Positions 44,356 to 53,601 of a stretch of DNA of 64,000 nt are shown here, piece by piece (positions within the stretch are counted from its first letter, which is position 1; every line of letters begins with the position of its first letter). The position numbers and the translations under genes are program-made. The DNA comes from Gammaproteobacteria bacterium (GTDB lineage: Bacteria; Pseudomonadota; Gammaproteobacteria; Eutrophobiales; Eutrophobiaceae). The DNA lies in contig CBDCSC010000006.1 of the NCBI GenBank assembly GCA_965221335.1, positions 199,570 through 263,569 of the forward strand, in the 5' to 3' direction. The notes under the pieces were generated by a model, which was given only the letters and a program-made list of their open reading frames with translations, made no database searches and had not been told where the DNA came from.

Positions 44356-45512
44356 TGCCAGAGTGTGCGCAGCAGTTTTGTTGCGTCGGCAAGGCTTTCG
44401 AGGTTGTGTACCGGCAGAAAATAATCCAGAAAGGGCAGGGCGGTTTGCATTCCTTTGCATAACGGCTGGTAATTGGCGTTGCCCAGCAGCGGGTTGAGCC
44501 AGATCAGCCGGTGCACACGCCGGCGCAGTTGTTCCATTTCGTTACGCATTATCTCTGTGTCGCCCTGGTCCCAGCCGTCGCTCAGAATCACGGCGATGGT
44601 ATGCGTTCTCAGCATCTGGTGTGCCTGTTGCTCGTTCAATTCGCGCAGGCAACCACCGATGTTGGTGCCGCCTGCCCAGTCATGTACCTGCTCGGACATC
44701 TGTTGTACCACCTCGCCAATATCCTTGCGGTTCAGGTACGGGGTAATACTGGTCATCCGGGTGGAGAACACGGCTACCTCGATGTTGGAAATCCGGGCGC
44801 CCATCGCGCAGATCAGTTGTATCAGGAAGCGGCTGTAACGTTCCATGGAACCGCTCACGTCACAGAACAGGATAAGCTTGTTTTTCTTCAGCCGGTGAGT
44901 CCTGTGAGCCAGTTTCAGGCAATATTCTCCGTAAGGCATGCTGCGCCGGAAAATTTTTCTGAAATCCAGTTGTGCGCCTGATTTTTCCGGTTTGAAACGC
45001 CGGCTCCGGCGATTGGCGAGAATAGCGATCAGTTGTGCGATGATCTTGCGGGCTTGTTCCAGTTCTTCGTCACTCATGGTATCGATATCCTTTTGCGCCA
45101 GCAGTTCCTGACTGGAATAACCGGTCTGCCTGCTCTCAGAGGCTTCTTCCTCGCCGTCACCGGCACTGTCCGCTTCCGCACGCTGCTGTTCTTGTCGTAT
45201 GTCCGGGGAATGGTCTGCGTCTTGCCTGGTATTATTCTCCGGGTATGCCTGTTCCTTCGTTGTTTCAAGCGCATCCCAGTATTCATTGAACAGCAACGTG
45301 AACAACTCCATGTCTTCCCGGTTGCTAATCAGGCTTGCCAGGGCGGCTGTATGGAAATCCCGCCGATTGGCAATATCTATATATTGCAGGCTGCGGCTGA
45401 AGTCGATGAGGTTGGCGGGGGTGACATCGATACCGGCGTCATGCAGTTTCCTGCCGAACAGGACAATGTGGGTACTGAAAGGTAATGAATTCTGGTGCAT
45501 GTGTTCCCTCAC
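44352..45512 (-). CDS. VWA-domain protein, CoxE-like
   Basis: 386 aa. It has an acidic linker followed by a VWA MIDAS-type block (ILFCDVSGSM). It lies downstream of a MoxR/CoxD-like ATPase. Confidence 0.8.
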   Translation of the reverse strand: MREHMHQNSLPFSTHIVLFGRKLHDAGIDVTPANLIDFSRSLQYIDIANRRDFHTAALASLISNREDMELFTLLFNEYWDALETTKEQAYPENNTRQDADHSPDIRQEQQRAEADSAGDGEEEASESRQTGYSSQELLAQKDIDTMSDEELEQARKIIAQLIAILANRRSRRFKPEKSGAQLDFRKIFRRSMPYGEYCLKLAHRTHRLKKNKLILFCDVSGSMERYSRFLIQLICAMGARISNIEVAVFSTRMTSITPYLNRKDIGEVVQQMSEQVHDWAGGTNIGGCLRELNEQQAHQMLRTHTIAVILSDGWDQGDTEIMRNEMEQLRRRVHRLIWLNPLLGNANYQPLCKGMQTALPFLDYFLPVHNLESLADATKLLRTLWH

Positions 45513-45555
45513 GACTGCCCAACCGGGGACAGGTGGCCCTGGCTCCGCATAGCAT

Positions 45556-46479
45556 TCAGTTTATGCGCTCGTGGGCGGCGACAGTTGTACTGCGCTTGAA
45601 ATTCCTGCTCTGTGCCAGGGTTTTATGCAGGTTCTCTCCAGCCATCTTATCCTTGTCTTGTTTATATTTAAGTATGCAACTTAAAGTATTTTCTATAGTA
45701 TCGGGGTCCAGTTCCTCCACACCCAGGGCAAGCAGCGCGTTGGCCCAGTCGATGGTCTCGGCGATTCCCGGCCGCTTGTAGAAGTCCTCCTTGCGCAGCA
45801 GTTCCATGAATTTGCATACCTGTATCGACAGCAGCTCCTTTATCTGCGGGACTTTTGCCAGCACGATGTCCAGTTCCTTCTCCAGTGTGGGGTAATCGAT
45901 CCAATGGTACAGGCAGCGGCGTTTCAGCGCATCGTGCATTTCCCGGGTCCGGTTCGAGGTCAATACGACAAACGGCGGCTGTTCGGCCCGGATCGTACCC
46001 ACTTCCGGAATGGTGATCTGGAAATCCGACAACAATTCCAGCAGGAACGCCTCGAATTCATCATCGGAGCGATCAATTTCGTCGATCAGCAACACCGGTC
46101 GCTTGTTCTTACACCGGATCGCCTGCAGCAACGGCCGGTGCAACAGGAACTGTTCATCAAAAATATTGGCGCCGATTTCTTCCCTGGCAACACCGCGGGC
46201 TTCCTGCAAGCGCACTTCCAGCATCTGTCTCAGGTAATTCCACTCGTACAGCGCCAGGTTGGTGTCCAGCCCTTCGTAACACTGCAAGCGTATCAACTCG
46301 GTATCCAGGCTTTCAGCCAGCACCTTGGCTACTTCGGTCTTCCCAACGCCCGGTTCCCCTTCCAGGTAAAGCGGTTTGCCCAGGCACATTGACAGGTAAA
46401 TTGTGGTGGCCAGAGGTCGGTCGGTGATATAACCTTGCGCGGCGAATTTTTGTTCAACTTCTTCGATTGACTGAAACAT
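45556..46479 (-). CDS. MoxR/CoxD-like AAA+ ATPase
   Basis: It has Walker A (GEPGVGKT) and Walker B (VLLIDEIDR). The ATG at 46479 (MFQSIEEVE...) is preferred. The ORF-track start at 46620 adds an implausible 47-aa extension. Confidence 0.88.
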   Translation of the reverse strand: MFQSIEEVEQKFAAQGYITDRPLATTIYLSMCLGKPLYLEGEPGVGKTEVAKVLAESLDTELIRLQCYEGLDTNLALYEWNYLRQMLEVRLQEARGVAREEIGANIFDEQFLLHRPLLQAIRCKNKRPVLLIDEIDRSDDEFEAFLLELLSDFQITIPEVGTIRAEQPPFVVLTSNRTREMHDALKRRCLYHWIDYPTLEKELDIVLAKVPQIKELLSIQVCKFMELLRKEDFYKRPGIAETIDWANALLALGVEELDPDTIENTLSCILKYKQDKDKMAGENLHKTLAQSRNFKRSTTVAAHERIN

Positions 46480-46574
46480 TTTCTTGAACCTGTGTGTGGC
46501 CGCAACACACGCTATTTCTTGGATAATAACACCATATAAAGATAATATTCCTAAAACTCCAATACAGCAAACAA

Positions 46575-47891
46575 TCAAACCAACCCAAACCTCCCATACG
46601 TAAACAACGCCACGACACAAACCCCCAACATCGCTACCGCATACCCCGCATTCCAGCGCATTAATGTGAATGAAGAAGTTCCAAACCTTCCCTGCAAAGT
46701 CAGATTAATGCCGGAAAAAGGCGAAACCACAATGCTGCTGCCCCACATCATCATCATCGCAATCCCCAGCAGGTTGGCATTGTAAGGTGTATTGCTGAGC
46801 AATCCCCCCAGGATGGAAATCGTAATAATAGGATGAATGCCCAGCAATGAAAGCAACATCGCTGCGAGGATAAATCCTCCGGCCGTCGCCGGCGAAACCG
46901 CGCTAATTCCCAGGGACACGTCGCTGCCCATCAGCGCCGCAGAAATTCCGGTAGACATTACCCCAGCGGCCAGGAACAGCGTCAGCTCCCGGTGCATCCC
47001 CGGCAGACCGGTATTGATATGGGAGATTAGCAGGCCGCCCGCCGCGCGCAAGTTGCGAACCAGCAACATCACCACCGTAATCAGCAACGCCAGGATGGTA
47101 ATCAGGGTCAATACCGGGAAATCCGGGAACAACTCGTGCAACCCGATTACCGCCAACGACAGCGCCAGCGGAATAAACAAGGTCTTAAAGCGCAATGGGT
47201 ACCCAGTGGTGTCCTCGCTTTCCTTATCCCGCAACAATTGCCAACTGGTGATAATCAACCCGCATAGGGCAATCGGTATCCCTGCCAGTATCAGCGTCAG
47301 CAAGCCGGAGCCGGGCGCATAGACCAGCGCGGTGGCAATAGACACATAAAACGGTGACCAGTAACAGCCGCTACAGAACGCCCGGGAAAACAGGATTAGC
47401 TGTAACCGATTGATCTTACCTGCCTGCTCCATCCTGTTGCCGAAGATCATCACCGCTGACAGGTTGATCACCGAAGCAAACAGGTGCAAGCCCCAGATGG
47501 TCTTGGCAAGCGCCATTCTCCCCTTGGGCGCCGCCTCAGCCGTTTGTGCGTCCTGACCGGTAATCAGCCGCAGAAATGTCACCGACGCAATCAGCGCCAA
47601 TACGTGAATATTCGCCGCTGCCACCCGTGACCAATCCACCGGCAAACGGTACAGCACAGACCAGACCACACAACCTGCTCCCACCAGTAACATCCCGGAA
47701 ATCTGCACAACCATCGCCCGCGGCAGATCCCGGCACAGCAGCAGCGCCGCCAACCAACCGCAAAGCCCGGCCCACACCGGTGACACTGACGATGACACAG
47801 CCGCGCCCACCGCTAACAGCATCATCAACAATAACAACCCGCCAGGTAGCTCAATGCGCACTGTAATTTGGAGATTTCGATTTCGTAACAA
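46575..47891 (-). CDS. Polytopic integral membrane protein (permease-like), family not recognised
   Basis: 438 aa and highly hydrophobic throughout. The start codon is uncertain (TTG at 47891; internal Met codons follow). Confidence 0.6.
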   Translation of the reverse strand: MLRNRNLQITVRIELPGGLLLLMMLLAVGAAVSSSVSPVWAGLCGWLAALLLCRDLPRAMVVQISGMLLVGAGCVVWSVLYRLPVDWSRVAAANIHVLALIASVTFLRLITGQDAQTAEAAPKGRMALAKTIWGLHLFASVINLSAVMIFGNRMEQAGKINRLQLILFSRAFCSGCYWSPFYVSIATALVYAPGSGLLTLILAGIPIALCGLIITSWQLLRDKESEDTTGYPLRFKTLFIPLALSLAVIGLHELFPDFPVLTLITILALLITVVMLLVRNLRAAGGLLISHINTGLPGMHRELTLFLAAGVMSTGISAALMGSDVSLGISAVSPATAGGFILAAMLLSLLGIHPIITISILGGLLSNTPYNANLLGIAMMMMWGSSIVVSPFSGINLTLQGRFGTSSFTLMRWNAGYAVAMLGVCVVALFTYGRFGLV

Positions 47892-47936
47892 TTGCTATGA
47901 TAAGACCGTTAAAGCAACTGAAACTTTAGGATGGGG

Positions 47937-48773
47937 CTATTCCGCTTCCAATAGAAAATCGCTGACCAGCTTTTTGAACCGCCGGTTGTGTTCTATCTGG
48001 GTCCAGTGGCCGCAGTTGCCGAAAATATGCAATTGCGAGTTCTTAATGCATCGGAATAGTTGTTCCGACACCGCCACCGGGATGACCCGGTCGTCCCGGC
48101 CGTGGATGATCAAGGTCTCGTGTTCGATATTCCTGACATCGGCTTCACTGCTGCAGATCTTTTTGATTCCATCCTGGCGCGGCGCCGGAAACATCGCGGC
48201 ATAGGCCTCCTGTACGCCCGGTCGGATGCTGGCTGCATGGCGAAGCTCGGCCAGTTCGTCGCTGACCAGTGAGCGATCATAAGCAAACAGGTCCAGCAAG
48301 CGGCGCATGTTCTCCAGCGAAGGGGTGTAACCCCAGGTCAGGTCCAGCCCTTCCGTCAGTTCAAATTCAAGGCCCACGCTGCCCATCAGCACGAGCCGGG
48401 AGACCCGTTCCGGCGCTTGAATCGCCAATGCCACCGCCAGCGACCCGCCGAAGGAGTTCCCGATCACATGGGCTTGCTTAATCTCCAGGGCGTCAAGAAA
48501 GTCGAGCGCGTGCCGCAACCAGGTTTCCATATCATAGCTGATGCCGTTGGGCCGCTCGGTGAAGCCAAAACCCACGATATCCGGCGCAATTACCCTGAAG
48601 TTGTCCGCCAGGGAGGGGATTACCAGGCGCCAGTTCGCCCAGGCGCTGACGCCGGGGCCGGATCCGTGCAGCAAAAGCGCCGGCGCCCCATGTCCCTGGT
48701 CATGGTAGTTGGTTGTTATGCCGCCGGCATTGATGGATAAACCGATTTCTGTTGATGCAGTCATGTTCGGCAT
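47937..48773 (-). CDS. Alpha/beta hydrolase, meta-cleavage product hydrolase type (2-hydroxymuconate semialdehyde hydrolase, DmpD/XylF-like)
   Basis: It has LLLHGSGPGVSAW.NW, the nucleophile elbow GNSFGG, and a C-terminal GHW...E block. It lies next to the phenol hydroxylase/C23O cluster. Confidence 0.8.
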   Translation of the reverse strand: MPNMTASTEIGLSINAGGITTNYHDQGHGAPALLLHGSGPGVSAWANWRLVIPSLADNFRVIAPDIVGFGFTERPNGISYDMETWLRHALDFLDALEIKQAHVIGNSFGGSLAVALAIQAPERVSRLVLMGSVGLEFELTEGLDLTWGYTPSLENMRRLLDLFAYDRSLVSDELAELRHAASIRPGVQEAYAAMFPAPRQDGIKKICSSEADVRNIEHETLIIHGRDDRVIPVAVSEQLFRCIKNSQLHIFGNCGHWTQIEHNRRFKKLVSDFLLEAE

Positions 48774-48836
48774 TATACGCCGCTTGCGGAAAAAAAATCC
48801 GACCCGCGTGATTGATGATATGATTAAACTCCTGGG

Positions 48837-49607
48837 ATGAGCTTGTTCAGCGCTTTCCGAAATTCACAACGGTTGGGGGATATAACGTTGCAGGCTAAAC
48901 ATTTCGTCCTGGTGCACGGTGCCTGGCATGGCGCCTGGTGCTGGGAAAAAGTCACCCCGTTGCTTGCCGCATCAGGGCATCACGCGCATACTCTCGACCT
49001 GCCGGGACTGGGCAATGACCCGACGCCGATTTCCGAGGTTACCCTGGATTCCTATGTCAATGCGGTCAAAGACGTGATCCTTTCAGTTGATGAGCCGGTG
49101 ATACTGGTTGGTCACAGCATGGGCGGGCTGATCATCACCCAGACCGCCGAATTTGTGCCGGAGCGAGTGCGGGCGTTGGGTTACCTGGCCGCGTTTTCGC
49201 CAAAGAACGGGGAATCGCTGTTTGATTATGCGATGGCCGACACGGAATCTCACGTCACACGTTTTAATGTAGTCAATGAGGAAGAGGGATACTTCACTAT
49301 CCCCGAAGACAGGCTCCCGGCCTGCTTCTATGACTTATGCAGTGAGGAAGACACCCGCAATGCGATCGCACGGCTGCGGCCGCAACCCCTGGCGCCGCTG
49401 GTACAACCGGTCAGTCTCTCCGAGGACAACTACGGGAGGGTGCGCCGGTGTTATATCGAATGCACCAGGGATCAGGCGCTGACCTGGCCCATGCAGCAAA
49501 AGATGCTGAATAATGCCCGCCTTGACGCGTTGCTTACACTCGAAACGGACCATTCGCCGTTTTATTCCTGTCCGGAACAACTGGTTGATTGTCTGCTGAG
49601 ACTGTAA
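48837..49607 (+). CDS. Alpha/beta hydrolase (esterase, SABP2/methylesterase-like)
   Basis: It has HFVLVHGAWHGAWCW and the nucleophile elbow GHSMGG. The start is uncertain. Confidence 0.7.
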   Translation: MSLFSAFRNSQRLGDITLQAKHFVLVHGAWHGAWCWEKVTPLLAASGHHAHTLDLPGLGNDPTPISEVTLDSYVNAVKDVILSVDEPVILVGHSMGGLIITQTAEFVPERVRALGYLAAFSPKNGESLFDYAMADTESHVTRFNVVNEEEGYFTIPEDRLPACFYDLCSEEDTRNAIARLRPQPLAPLVQPVSLSEDNYGRVRRCYIECTRDQALTWPMQQKMLNNARLDALLTLETDHSPFYSCPEQLVDCLLRL

Positions 49608-49619
49608 CGGGTCAGGGCA

Positions 49620-49976
49620 ATGCAAATTCTGTTAATTCTCTGGGAACCCAACGACAAATGGCATGTCTTATCAAGTGAGCAGCAGATGGCGTACCTGCGC
49701 TCACTGGACGGCGCAATCAACGAGGCGCGCAGCCACGGCGTGATGACCCTGGGCTGGAGCCGGGTGGACCGCTCGCTGAACAACGCGCCGGCTGAGGGTT
49801 ATGTTGGCGTGTTTGCGATGGACTCGGCGCAGGCCATTCATGAACTGGACAGAAATATTCAGCAATCTCTGTGGTATGAGTATTTCGATTCCGTCAATAT
49901 CAGCATCAACCTGGAAGGTGAAACAGAGCCAGAACCGCACCGGGTCTATGCCAGGTTGCTGGGACTTGATAGTTGA
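49620..49976 (+). CDS. Hypothetical protein (118 aa)
   Basis: The ORF fills the gap between two confident genes. No family was recognised. Confidence 0.4.
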   Translation: MQILLILWEPNDKWHVLSSEQQMAYLRSLDGAINEARSHGVMTLGWSRVDRSLNNAPAEGYVGVFAMDSAQAIHELDRNIQQSLWYEYFDSVNISINLEGETEPEPHRVYARLLGLDS

Positions 49977-49978
49977 GC

Positions 49979-50015
49979 GTTGACAATATCGATATTTTAT
50001 GAAAATATCGATATT
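49979..50015 (+). promoter_or_regulatory. Putative sigma70-type -35 box (TTGACA) followed by two copies of the perfect 12-bp palindrome AATATCGATATT, upstream of dmpK
   Basis: TTGACA lies at 49979-49984. The palindromes lie at 49985-49996 and 50004-50015 (19-bp centre-to-centre spacing). The dmpK ATG is at 50058. Confidence 0.45.
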
Positions 50016-50057
50016 ATTTCGTATCCTGGGTATGATAAACAGCAAAAAGCGGGTATT

Positions 50058-50315
50058 ATGACGGCGCAGAAACGTTACGTGCGCATCACCAGCAGAGACA
50101 GGCCGGGATTTGTCGAGTTCAATTTTTCCCTCGGCGATCCGGCTCTCTACCTGGAAATGATTTTGCCAACAGCAGCGTTTACCGAGTTTTGCCGGGACAA
50201 CCAGGTAACGTTTCTGGACGACAAAGAGGCAGCAGCGGTAGACAAACAACAGGCAAAATGGCAATACGGTGAAGCCGGCGCCGAATGCGAGACGGGTGAG
50301 CCGGAAACCCATTGA
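50058..50315 (+). CDS. dmpK: Phenol hydroxylase assembly subunit (P0)
   Basis: About 85 aa: MTAQKRYVRIT....GFVEF.F..GDP.L..E.ILP..AF.EFC. It is the first gene of a K-L-M-N-O-P order cluster. Confidence 0.8.
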   Translation: MTAQKRYVRITSRDRPGFVEFNFSLGDPALYLEMILPTAAFTEFCRDNQVTFLDDKEAAAVDKQQAKWQYGEAGAECETGEPETH

Positions 50316-50328
50316 GAAGAACAGTCAG

Positions 50329-51324
50329 ATGTCAATCGATCTTAAAACGACAAAAATTGAGCAGAAAAGGATTACTTTCGACAATGTTGCGGCAAAAGTG
50401 GGTGAGGGGAAAGTACCCAGCCGCTACCAGGAAGTGATGGTGAGGATGCAACATGAAGAGGTGTTTCACTATCGCCCCACATGGGACCCTGAGCACGACA
50501 TTTTCGATGCGGACCGCACCGCGATTAACATGCAGGATTTCGACGATCTGACGGACCCGCGCCAGTATTATTATGCCCCCTATGTTATCCAGCGCTCAAA
50601 ACAGCAGGAAACCATGGAAAAGAATTTTTCCATGGTTGAAAAAAGAGGATTGCTCACTGCGCTGGACGCAGGTCTTATCGAACAAATCCTGCGCATCGTC
50701 ATACCGTTCCGGCATGCGGAATGGGGCGCCAATACCAATAACCTGTTTATCGCTGCCTACGGCTTTGGCACGCCGATGCCCATTGCCGCGGATTTTCAGG
50801 GCATGGATCGGCTCGGGAACGCCCAGTACATCACGCGCATTGGTTTGATCTTGTCGGGCAACGACCCGGAGATACTGGACCAGGCCAAATCGGAATGGCT
50901 GGAGCAACCGCTGTGGCAGCCGTTACGCAAGTTGATAGAAGACAGTTTTGTCCTCAAGGACTGGTTTGAACTGCACTTGTTGCAGAATTTCCTGGTGGAC
51001 GGCGTTCTGCAACCGTTGTTGTTCGAACACTTCGATGCTGAAGTCGTGAATAACGGCGGCGCCGCATTTGCGATGCTCACGGAATTTTTCGTGGAATGGT
51101 ATGCGGAGTCGACCCGCTGGACTGATCACACGATCAAAACGGCAGCCGGGGAATCCGCTGAAAATCGTGCGCTGCTTGCAGGCTGGAAAGACAAGTGGAT
51201 GCCGGAAGTCAAAAACGCTGCGTTACCGTTGGCGGAGTATATTTTCGCCGATCGCAGCGCCGAAGTAATGAACCAGATCATCGACCGGCTTGAAAGCAGA
51301 GCCGGTAAGATTGGCTTGAGTTGA
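50329..51324 (+). CDS. dmpL: Phenol hydroxylase beta subunit (P1)
   Basis: About 331 aa from the ATG at 50329. Its position and size fit DmpL. The ORF-track start at 50269 overlaps dmpK. Confidence 0.85.
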   Translation: MSIDLKTTKIEQKRITFDNVAAKVGEGKVPSRYQEVMVRMQHEEVFHYRPTWDPEHDIFDADRTAINMQDFDDLTDPRQYYYAPYVIQRSKQQETMEKNFSMVEKRGLLTALDAGLIEQILRIVIPFRHAEWGANTNNLFIAAYGFGTPMPIAADFQGMDRLGNAQYITRIGLILSGNDPEILDQAKSEWLEQPLWQPLRKLIEDSFVLKDWFELHLLQNFLVDGVLQPLLFEHFDAEVVNNGGAAFAMLTEFFVEWYAESTRWTDHTIKTAAGESAENRALLAGWKDKWMPEVKNAALPLAEYIFADRSAEVMNQIIDRLESRAGKIGLS

Positions 51325-51333
51325 GATAAACAC

Positions 51334-51606
51334 ATGGCTGAAAACGTATTCATTGCATTACAGAACAGCCCGGAAGCGCAGCCTGTAATACAGGCAATTA
51401 CCGAAGACAACCCGGCTGCGGTAGTGAATGAGACGCCGGGAATGGTGAAAATAGATTGCCCCAAACGATTGGTGATCCGGCGTGAGACCGTGGAAGAAAA
51501 AATCGGCACGGAATTCAACCTGCAGGACATCCACCTGACGCTGATATCCCTGTCCGGCAACATAGAAGAAGACGAAGACGAATTTGTATTATATTGGAAT
51601 ATTTGA
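51334..51606 (+). CDS. dmpM: Phenol hydroxylase regulatory/coupling protein (P2, MmoB/DmpM family)
   Basis: 90 aa, between the beta and alpha subunit genes. Confidence 0.85.
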   Translation: MAENVFIALQNSPEAQPVIQAITEDNPAAVVNETPGMVKIDCPKRLVIRRETVEEKIGTEFNLQDIHLTLISLSGNIEEDEDEFVLYWNI

Positions 51607-51635
51607 CTCCGCTGCTTTAGTACGAGGTAAACATC

Positions 51636-53162
51636 ATGGCAAACAAACCCAGACGACTTAACCTGAACCAGAAATACCAGCTCATGACCCGCGGGCTGGA
51701 CTGGGAGACCACCTACCAGTCGATGGACGATGTATTTCCCTATGACAAGTACGAAGGCATCAAGATCAAGGATTGGGACAAGTGGCAGGATCCGTTCCGC
51801 CTCACGATGGACGCGTACTGGAAATACCAGGCGGAAAAGGATCGGAAGCTGTACGCGATCCTGGATGGTTTTGCTCAGAACAACAGCCAGTTGAATATCT
51901 CCGATGCGCGTTACATGAATGCCGTCAAGATCTGGGTGCAGGGCGTTACGCCGTTGGAATATGCCGCTTTCAGGGGCTTTGCGATGCTTGGCAGGGGGTT
52001 TCGCGGCGCCGGCGCCCGCGTTGCCTGCCAGTTCCAGTCCATTGATGAGATGCGCCATTACCAGACGCAGATGCATGCGTTCAGCCATTACAACAAGTAC
52101 TTCAACGGCTTCCGGCAGTATGCGCGCATTCGCGACCGGGCCTGGTACCTGTCCATCCCCAAGAGTTATTTTGAAGACGCGGTCAGCGCCGGCCCGTTCG
52201 AGTTGATCACGGCCATATCGTTTTCCTTTGAATATGTGTTGACCAACCTGCTGTTCATGCCGTTTGTGTCCGGCGCCGCCTATAACGGCGATATGGCCAC
52301 GACGACCTTCGGCTTCTCCGCGCAATCAGACGAATCGCGCCACATGACGTTGGGTCTTGAAGTCATCAAGTTTATGCTGGAGCAACATGAAGATAACGTG
52401 GTTATCATCCAGGAGTGGCTGGATAAGTGGTTCTGGCGCGGCTATCGCCTGCTTGGCCTGATCGGTACGATGATGGATTACATGCTGCCCAAGAAGGTGA
52501 TGTCCTGGCGTCAGGCCTGGGAGATTTACTGGGAGGAGAACGGCCTGGCGTTGTTCAACGACCTGTCCCGCTACGGTTTGCGCCCGCCCAAGTATCACGA
52601 GGTGGCAACCAAGGAAAAATACCGCATCTCCCATGAATTCTGGAGCACGATCTACCAGTTCTCCCATGCCACGGCCTTGTACACCTGGATCCCCACCGAG
52701 GAGGAACTGGACTGGCTGTCGGCGGAGTATGGCGAACTGTTCGATACCGTTTATCGCCCTCGTTATGAGTACTGGGCCGAACTGGAACGGAACGGTGAAC
52801 GCTTTTTCCAGAAACGGCTGCCGGTTGTCTGCAACGTCTGCCAGATACCGATCTTCCACACCATGCCCGACGACCCGTTGATGAACTGTTGCCTGGTCTC
52901 TGAATACAAGGGTACCAAGCACCAGATGTGTTCCCAGGGCTGCAAGGATATTTTTGACAGGGAACCGGAGAAGTATTGTCAGGCCTACATCCCGCCGCAG
53001 CAGATCTACCAGGGGAACTGCGGGGGCGCTACGCTTGAAGCCTACAAGGAATGGCTCCATATCAAGGAAGAGGAAACCGGGGAGTATTATGGGTCGGAAG
53101 ATCACCGCATGTGGGAAAGTTGGAAAGCCCAGGCGGCAAAAGCAGCCGAGTTGTCAGCCTGA
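51636..53162 (+). CDS. dmpN: Phenol hydroxylase alpha subunit (P3), soluble diiron monooxygenase
   Basis: 508 aa with the two diiron E..H motifs (IDEMRHYQ and DESRHM). Confidence 0.92.
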   Translation: MANKPRRLNLNQKYQLMTRGLDWETTYQSMDDVFPYDKYEGIKIKDWDKWQDPFRLTMDAYWKYQAEKDRKLYAILDGFAQNNSQLNISDARYMNAVKIWVQGVTPLEYAAFRGFAMLGRGFRGAGARVACQFQSIDEMRHYQTQMHAFSHYNKYFNGFRQYARIRDRAWYLSIPKSYFEDAVSAGPFELITAISFSFEYVLTNLLFMPFVSGAAYNGDMATTTFGFSAQSDESRHMTLGLEVIKFMLEQHEDNVVIIQEWLDKWFWRGYRLLGLIGTMMDYMLPKKVMSWRQAWEIYWEENGLALFNDLSRYGLRPPKYHEVATKEKYRISHEFWSTIYQFSHATALYTWIPTEEELDWLSAEYGELFDTVYRPRYEYWAELERNGERFFQKRLPVVCNVCQIPIFHTMPDDPLMNCCLVSEYKGTKHQMCSQGCKDIFDREPEKYCQAYIPPQQIYQGNCGGATLEAYKEWLHIKEEETGEYYGSEDHRMWESWKAQAAKAAELSA

Positions 53163-53213
53163 TGGGGCAGGGATGGGACATGACTCGCGCCGGCGTCAGG
53201 TGAGGTTGCCCCG

Positions 53214-53576
53214 ATGCCGGTGAAGTTTGTTGGCGCTGCGTACGATTTCCCATGCGCTAACCAGGTGGAGAACTATGGCGGCGATATGAATGTATACGTG
53301 GTCTGGGATCACCACCTGATCTATTGCGCGCCCAACACCTACCGGCTGCCGCCAACCATGAAATTCAGGGATTTCCTGGAGCAGGTGTTTGCGCCCGATT
53401 ATCCGCAACATCCCGATACTGAGAAAGTTGACTGGGACCAGGGTGTCTGGCAACTGGAAAATGAACCCTGGCAGCCTGACCTGGATAAATCCTTTGCCGA
53501 AAACGGCGTTGCACACAATTCATTCATCCGGGTGACCACGCCGGGCCTCGAGGGCATGCACGGAGTAGGGAACTGA
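53214..53576 (+). CDS. dmpO: Phenol hydroxylase gamma subunit (P4)
   Basis: 120 aa, in the canonical position. Confidence 0.8.
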   Translation: MPVKFVGAAYDFPCANQVENYGGDMNVYVVWDHHLIYCAPNTYRLPPTMKFRDFLEQVFAPDYPQHPDTEKVDWDQGVWQLENEPWQPDLDKSFAENGVAHNSFIRVTTPGLEGMHGVGN

Positions 53577-53601
53577 ACAGGCCCGGTATAGGGGCAGGCA
53601 C

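Noticed and set aside
49900-50057. I looked for a sigma54 (-24 GG / -12 GC) promoter upstream of dmpK, as in the classical dmp operon.
   Set aside because: I found no TGGCAC-N5-TTGC-like motif by eye. The nearest GG...GC combinations (e.g. GCCAGGTTGCTGGG) have the wrong spacing.
51126-52325. Long antisense ORFs: 399 aa here, and also 41347..42204, 26634..27557, 10096..10806, 61611..62483, 52326..53105, 53845..54588 and 12295..12900.
   Set aside because: Each lies entirely opposite a confidently recognised gene. Each has a low-complexity, Arg/Pro/Gly-rich composition typical of antisense frames in GC-rich DNA. None has a recognisable motif.
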